Assembly (NCBI GenBank): GCA_963674705.1
Contig: OY771506.1
Span: forward strand, 2,912,001 to 2,976,000
Direction of reading: 5' to 3'
Origin: Phycisphaeraceae bacterium
Lineage (GTDB): Bacteria > Planctomycetota > Phycisphaerae > Phycisphaerales > Phycisphaeraceae
DNA length: 64,000 bases
A model generated the notes under the pieces. It made no database searches. It had not been told where the DNA came from and saw nothing but the letters and a program-made list of their open reading frames with translations. Each line of letters starts with the position of its first letter. Within the stretch, counting starts at the first letter, position 1. This document shows positions 59,124 through 64,000 of the stretch, piece by piece. The translations under genes were made by a program, and so were the position numbers.

Positions 59124-61148
59124 GTGCTCAAGTTCTTTAGAAAGTACAACAAGTGGATCCTCGCGGTCGGTGGCGGTCTGCTGATGATCGTGTTCCTGAT
59201 CCAGCCGGTCATGCAGATGTTCCAAAAAGACCCGAACACGGTCGTGATCGGTACCTTTGATGGCGGCGAGGTCACGCGCGGCGACATCATGGCCGCCGAC
59301 GGCCAGATCAGGATCGTTCGCCAGTTCGGCCTCTACCTCGACGGCGGACGCGGCAACGAAAGCGAAGACAACATCCGCTGGGCTCTGATCCTCAAGGATG
59401 CTGAGCGACTCGGGCTCAGCGCCAGCCTCGCGGAGGTGGAGCAGATCAAGCTCAACGCGGGCCGGTCCGCGGCGGATGTCGAAATGATGGCGTCCCAGAT
59501 GAACGCGACCACCGGCTATATCAATATGGCTATCCGCAACTGGTTGATCATCCAGCGATACAAGGAACTGACCGCCGGCCAGGCGCACTTGGCGGGGGTT
59601 CAACGCGCTGCGCTCGCGCAACAGAGTTTCGCCAACAAGGATGCCGCCGTGCTCCTGCAGGCGATGGCCTACGGTAACTCGCGGATGAGTAAGCCCCTGA
59701 TCGAGCACTTCATCCAGGACCAGGGCGCCAAGGTTATGGGTAAGGCCGTGCTGATCGACGCTGAATCACTGATGGATCAAACCCCCAAACCCAGTGAAGA
59801 AGACGTCAAGACGCTGTTTGATGAATACAAAGATGCACTGCCGGGGCAGGGTGAACCCTATGGCTTCGGCTATCGTGTGCCCAACCGTGTCAAAGTCGAA
59901 TACCTCGTCATCGCGTCTGACGAAGCGAAGCAACACGTCAAGATCAACGAGGCCGACGCTCTGGCTTACCACAGAAAGCATCCGGAGCTTTACAGCACTG
60001 CCGGCTCACAAAATCAACTGAAGCCTTACGAACAGGTACGCGATCAGGTTATCGAAGACCTGACTACCGAAAAAGCCTACGCCCTGGTCGAGAAAATGAC
60101 CAAAACAGCGTTCGGCCTGCTCTACGAAGACACACGCGGGATGGATAAGGTCGACGATTACCGCGTGATCGGCGATATCACCAAACTACGGTCGATGCGT
60201 GAGGTCGCCGACAAACTGGAGGATGAATACGGCTTTCGTCCCGAGGTGGTCAAAGGCAACAGCGGTGGCTGGGTGACGGAACAGGAACTGTGGATGTTGC
60301 CCGGCATTGGACAGACCGTCCTGGCGGATAACTACAACGTCACATTCGCCGAGTATGTTCTTAGCGCACGTGAGTTGAAGCCCGGTCCGGACAACCGGCT
60401 GTTGCCGCGCCGGCTACAGGTCGGCCTGGCGGGTGCGCCCATGATGGATATCAGCCGCACGCAGTACATCTTCCGCCTGACCGACGCCGAACCGACACGC
60501 GTCCCGGATTCTCTGGATGAGGTTCGCACTCAGGTCATGCAGGATGCCTGGCGTCTGGCGGCTTATAAGAAATTACTAAGCGCTTCTGATACCTGGCTCC
60601 AGGAAGCGGTTGATGGCGGCTTGGAAGCAGTGGCGAACACTGCCGACTCCACGGTACTCGAGTTACCCGCCACGTCACGACGCATCCAAGTGACTAACGG
60701 CAAATTGGTGATCCCGCCTTTGCCGGGTATTGGCCAGAGTGCCAAGTTCATCGATGCTTTCTTCGCCACCGCGAACAGCGTCAAAGCTACCGGTGATCTC
60801 AGCAACGCACCGGCTGAAGATGTCACCGGCGTCGTCGGCGTTGATAAAGAACTGGCCTTGGCGGTCTACCGCGTTGAAGACTACGAGCCGATCACCCAGC
60901 AGGCGTATCAGGCATTGTCCGCTGACATCCGTTTACCGGTCCTGATCGAGATGTCGATGCTTAGCTCGGTAAGCGTCCCGAGCCCGATTTCGTACGATGC
61001 GTTGGTCGAACGACTGAACTACGACAACGGTTCTACAGATCAGCAGCAGGAGGCCGAAGCCGCAGCGGGCGCTGCCGCGAGTCCTGCGGATGAGCAAAAT
61101 GGCGCAGCAGAAACCGAGACCGGCGAAAGCACCGACGGCGCATCCTGA
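59124..61148 (+). CDS. PpiD/SurA-N-like membrane-anchored periplasmic chaperone
   Basis: MLKFFRKYNKWIL plus TM; PNRVKVEYL; KPYEQVRDQV. Confidence 0.7.
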   Translation: MLKFFRKYNKWILAVGGGLLMIVFLIQPVMQMFQKDPNTVVIGTFDGGEVTRGDIMAADGQIRIVRQFGLYLDGGRGNESEDNIRWALILKDAERLGLSASLAEVEQIKLNAGRSAADVEMMASQMNATTGYINMAIRNWLIIQRYKELTAGQAHLAGVQRAALAQQSFANKDAAVLLQAMAYGNSRMSKPLIEHFIQDQGAKVMGKAVLIDAESLMDQTPKPSEEDVKTLFDEYKDALPGQGEPYGFGYRVPNRVKVEYLVIASDEAKQHVKINEADALAYHRKHPELYSTAGSQNQLKPYEQVRDQVIEDLTTEKAYALVEKMTKTAFGLLYEDTRGMDKVDDYRVIGDITKLRSMREVADKLEDEYGFRPEVVKGNSGGWVTEQELWMLPGIGQTVLADNYNVTFAEYVLSARELKPGPDNRLLPRRLQVGLAGAPMMDISRTQYIFRLTDAEPTRVPDSLDEVRTQVMQDAWRLAAYKKLLSASDTWLQEAVDGGLEAVANTADSTVLELPATSRRIQVTNGKLVIPPLPGIGQSAKFIDAFFATANSVKATGDLSNAPAEDVTGVVGVDKELALAVYRVEDYEPITQQAYQALSADIRLPVLIEMSMLSSVSVPSPISYDALVERLNYDNGSTDQQQEAEAAAGAAASPADEQNGAAETETGESTDGAS

Positions 61149-61174
61149 GTACCTGGAAGTCCGGAATGCGTGAG

Positions 61175-61525
61175 TTAACCGACGGTCGAGCCCGGCGGGA
61201 CCGGTTTGGACGGGTTGATCACCACGACATCGGTCAGTTCGTCGCCATCTTTCGCGCTGGCGGCCAGCAGCATGCCGTTGGATATCTCGCCGCGGATCTT
61301 GCGCGGTTCGAGATTCGCCACGACCACAACCTGTTTGCCGATTAGCGTTTCCGGCTCATAGTATTGCTTGATCCCCGCACAGATCTGCCGTTGCTCAAAA
61401 CCCAGGTCGATCTGCAGTTTTACCAGGCGGTCGGCGTTGGGGTGGGGTTCCGCGGCGATGATGGTCGCGACCCGCAGGTCCAGTTTCAGGAAGTCGTCGA
61501 TTTGGATGGTCGGCTTCGGGTCCAT
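61175..61525 (-). CDS. tRNA-binding OB-fold protein (MetG C-terminal/CsaA/Trbp111-like)
   Basis: IDDFLKLDLRVA, HPNADRL, RQICAGI, VANLEPRKIRGEISNGMLL; ATG 61525. Confidence 0.92.
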   Translation of the reverse strand: MDPKPTIQIDDFLKLDLRVATIIAAEPHPNADRLVKLQIDLGFEQRQICAGIKQYYEPETLIGKQVVVVANLEPRKIRGEISNGMLLAASAKDGDELTDVVVINPSKPVPPGSTVG

Positions 61526-61725
61526 ATGATCCTCATACTTACTAGTTCGGTTGGCGTTGGGCCGAACGAAGAAGATAACGGATATGCCACGCCTTTGCCT
61601 GCGGATATACCCGGGCCGGGGCCCCGAGACACCGGATTGTCGGCCGAGAACGGGAGCACAACAGGACGGCTGTGCGAAACAACACCCAGACAAACCGAAG
61701 CTCATACAAACCCAAAGCCCCTCCC

Positions 61726-64000
61726 ATGAAGCGCTGGCTGCGGCGTTTTCTTTTCCTGTTTGGGTGCTTCCTGCTCCTGGTCGGCGTCGTGTCTTACTTC
61801 ACACGGCCGGCCAGGCTCAACCGCGTCCTGGTCGACATGATCGAGCAGTCGGTCGGCTGTGAGGCGACGGTCGGCAGGGCTCACCTGACATGGGACGGCC
61901 TGTTGACCGTGGATGGTATCGAGCTGACCGTGCCTAACACCGAGGGCGACTTCTCCAAACTCCTGCACACCGACCGCGTCGCCGTCCAACTGCGCCTTTT
62001 ACCGCTATTAATAGGCCAGGTGCGCGCCGCCTCAGTGGCATTGAATCAGCCCAAGCTCTATCTCACCGAGGACCTGGACAATAACAGGTCCAACTTTGAG
62101 ATGCTGCTGGCACTTTCTTCCGACGACAAGGCGAAGAACAAGCTCCCGGACGCATTGCCTGAACTGCGACTCAATGGCGGTCAACTGTGTTTCGGCCAAC
62201 AATCCAACGGGACTTACCGTGTCATTGAGTCGCTGCAATTCGATGGCAAACTCAATGCCGATCTCGATGACTGGGGCGTTTACGATTTTGAACTCCGTCA
62301 GCGAGAACCGGCCGCAGGCTCGAAACAGCTTGCCGGGCCGACCGTGCAGGGGCAGATCGATCTGAACCAGCCGATGGTTCACTTTGAGGTTCAGCGGTTT
62401 TCATTTGATGGGCCTTACAGCTACCTGTTACCCGAGCAGACGCGCCGCTGGTGGAAGCAGCTCTCGCCACGAGGTGATTTGCAGCGGGTTGAATTTCGCG
62501 CCCATCGGGACGAGAACCAGCAGGTTCTACTCGCTGTTGAGATGCAACTGGACCAGTTCGGACTATCTCTGCCGCTTGGTGCGGAGCGACCCTTGGAACT
62601 GACAGATGTCGACGGCACGGTTATCGTTACGGATAACGGCGTCAGCTTCAAACAGATCACCGGGCAAGTCGAAGGCATCAACTTCCAGGCGCACGGCGAG
62701 CTTCTCGGTTTCGTTCAAGACGCCCCGTTCCTGATCGGTCTAAGCACGGACCCGTTCGACGTGCCTGTCGAAGGTGGCATATGGGACAGCCTGCCGCAAG
62801 CCGTCAGTAAGTATCGTGAACGCTTCAATCCACAAGGTACCTATCAGACAAAGATCGAGCTTGAACGAGCGGTTGCCGACAGCGAGATCAAACTGCGCGG
62901 CCACCTCGACCTGATCGACACGAAGTTCATGTATTACCGCTTCAAGTATCCCGCCAATCAACTGACCGGCAGGATCTCATTTGAAGATGACAAGATCGTT
63001 CTTAATGATCTTGTCGGTGTTGCTCCATCCGGCGCTAAGGCCATTGTCAGTGGGACAATCGGTCCGCCGATCAAGGACGGCACCGTTGCGATCAAGATCC
63101 AGGGCGATGACATGCCTCTGGATGAACACCTCGTCAACGCACTGAAACCGAAACGCCGTGAAGTGCTGGATATGTTCTTCAGCCGGGAAGGCTACGAACA
63201 ACTGCTCGCTGGTGGCGTGATCCGTGCTCCGGGTGAAACCGTGAGAATCCTTGGTCAGGATGTCGTCGCCAAGGCCAATGACGCGGTATCGCTACAGGAC
63301 CCAGCCGATGTGCCTGTTTTCGAGCCCGGCGGCTCCGCCAGCATGACCGTGCACATCAACCGCCCGGAAGGCAAAGACCAGAAGTACAGCGTCACGACCG
63401 ACCTGCAGGCCAAGGGACTCAGCAGCCTGTTCAAGTTCTGGCATTACCCATTGGTTGCTGAAAGCGGACGAATCGTGATATCTCCCGACAATGTCGTGGT
63501 CGATCAGTTAAAGCTACGCGCACTTAACGGCGGGGGGGGCACGATCAATGGCAGACTCATCCTGCCGGACGGCGACGAACCGCTCAAACCCAATCTGCAA
63601 TTGACCAGCATCTACCTGCCGGTCGATTCGATCCTCATCGCTTCAATCCCCAAGCCCAAGGATCAGTGGGTCCGCTCGTTGAACCTGATCGGTGAGTTGT
63701 TCGGCACCGGCGAGGTATTCGCTGATGCGACAGGCGAGGTGCTGTTCAGCATCGATGCCCGCATGCGTGACGGCCGCGCTGTACCCAACGGTGGCCGATA
63801 CGTGCTGGACGATATCACCGGCTCGGTCACGATCGAACGCACACGCATCCAGTTCGAGGACTTCACCGGGCAGCACACCCACGGCGGCAAGATATCACTT
63901 AACGGCGAGGCGAATTACGGCGAGTCCGATGTGGGCGTCGACCTGACGTTCATTGCCGACCAATTAACACTCGAACCGGAGTTGATCGACCTTTTGCCGA
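61726..64000 (+). CDS. AsmA-like/TamB-like large periplasmic protein (runs off window end, absent from ORF track)
   Basis: MKRWLRRFLFLFGCFLLLVGVVSYFTRPARL..; N-terminal TM followed by amphipathic beta strands; frame appears open to 64000. Confidence 0.75.
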   Translation, partial: MKRWLRRFLFLFGCFLLLVGVVSYFTRPARLNRVLVDMIEQSVGCEATVGRAHLTWDGLLTVDGIELTVPNTEGDFSKLLHTDRVAVQLRLLPLLIGQVRAASVALNQPKLYLTEDLDNNRSNFEMLLALSSDDKAKNKLPDALPELRLNGGQLCFGQQSNGTYRVIESLQFDGKLNADLDDWGVYDFELRQREPAAGSKQLAGPTVQGQIDLNQPMVHFEVQRFSFDGPYSYLLPEQTRRWWKQLSPRGDLQRVEFRAHRDENQQVLLAVEMQLDQFGLSLPLGAERPLELTDVDGTVIVTDNGVSFKQITGQVEGINFQAHGELLGFVQDAPFLIGLSTDPFDVPVEGGIWDSLPQAVSKYRERFNPQGTYQTKIELERAVADSEIKLRGHLDLIDTKFMYYRFKYPANQLTGRISFEDDKIVLNDLVGVAPSGAKAIVSGTIGPPIKDGTVAIKIQGDDMPLDEHLVNALKPKRREVLDMFFSREGYEQLLAGGVIRAPGETVRILGQDVVAKANDAVSLQDPADVPVFEPGGSASMTVHINRPEGKDQKYSVTTDLQAKGLSSLFKFWHYPLVAESGRIVISPDNVVVDQLKLRALNGGGGTINGRLILPDGDEPLKPNLQLTSIYLPVDSILIASIPKPKDQWVRSLNLIGELFGTGEVFADATGEVLFSIDARMRDGRAVPNGGRYVLDDITGSVTIERTRIQFEDFTGQHTHGGKISLNGEANYGESDVGVDLTFIADQLTLEPELIDLLP

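Overview
GC-rich bacterial chromosome segment. Gene content points to a planctomycete, probably Phycisphaerae (inference from the groEL-groES-groEL order, PEP-CTERM proteins and mreBCD). Core genes: a flagellar export operon (fliL end, fliN/O/P/Q/R, flhB, flhA, flhF, flhG, fliA), argS, a GT2 glycosyltransferase, a TolB-like/lipoprotein/xerC cluster, lnt, mreBCD, galE, an alanine symporter, gcvH, sat, the groEL-groES-groEL-dnaJ-grpE operon, thiS/thiG, an lptD-like gene and a truncated AsmA-like gene. I found no rRNA, tRNA, CRISPR array or transposase. The most unusual signal is intergenic. Two small genes (a four-helix-bundle gene between flhB and flhA, and an amber-interrupted GxxExxY gene between groEL and dnaJ) are each enclosed by long inverted arms built of short tandem repeats. 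These arms supply or cover start and stop codons of the cargo and of the downstream host gene. The same repeat types recur as gene-less arm pairs and as stacked mosaics with a 36-nt hairpin repeat at several spacers, suggesting an IVS-like or MITE-like intercistronic cassette system. Also seen: sigma28-like promoters and GGA-loop (CsrA-type) hairpins linking an envelope operon to the flagellar regulon, a sigma54-type promoter without CIRCE for the chaperone operon, and small ORFs absent from the ORF track. All product calls come from motif recognition, not database searches.
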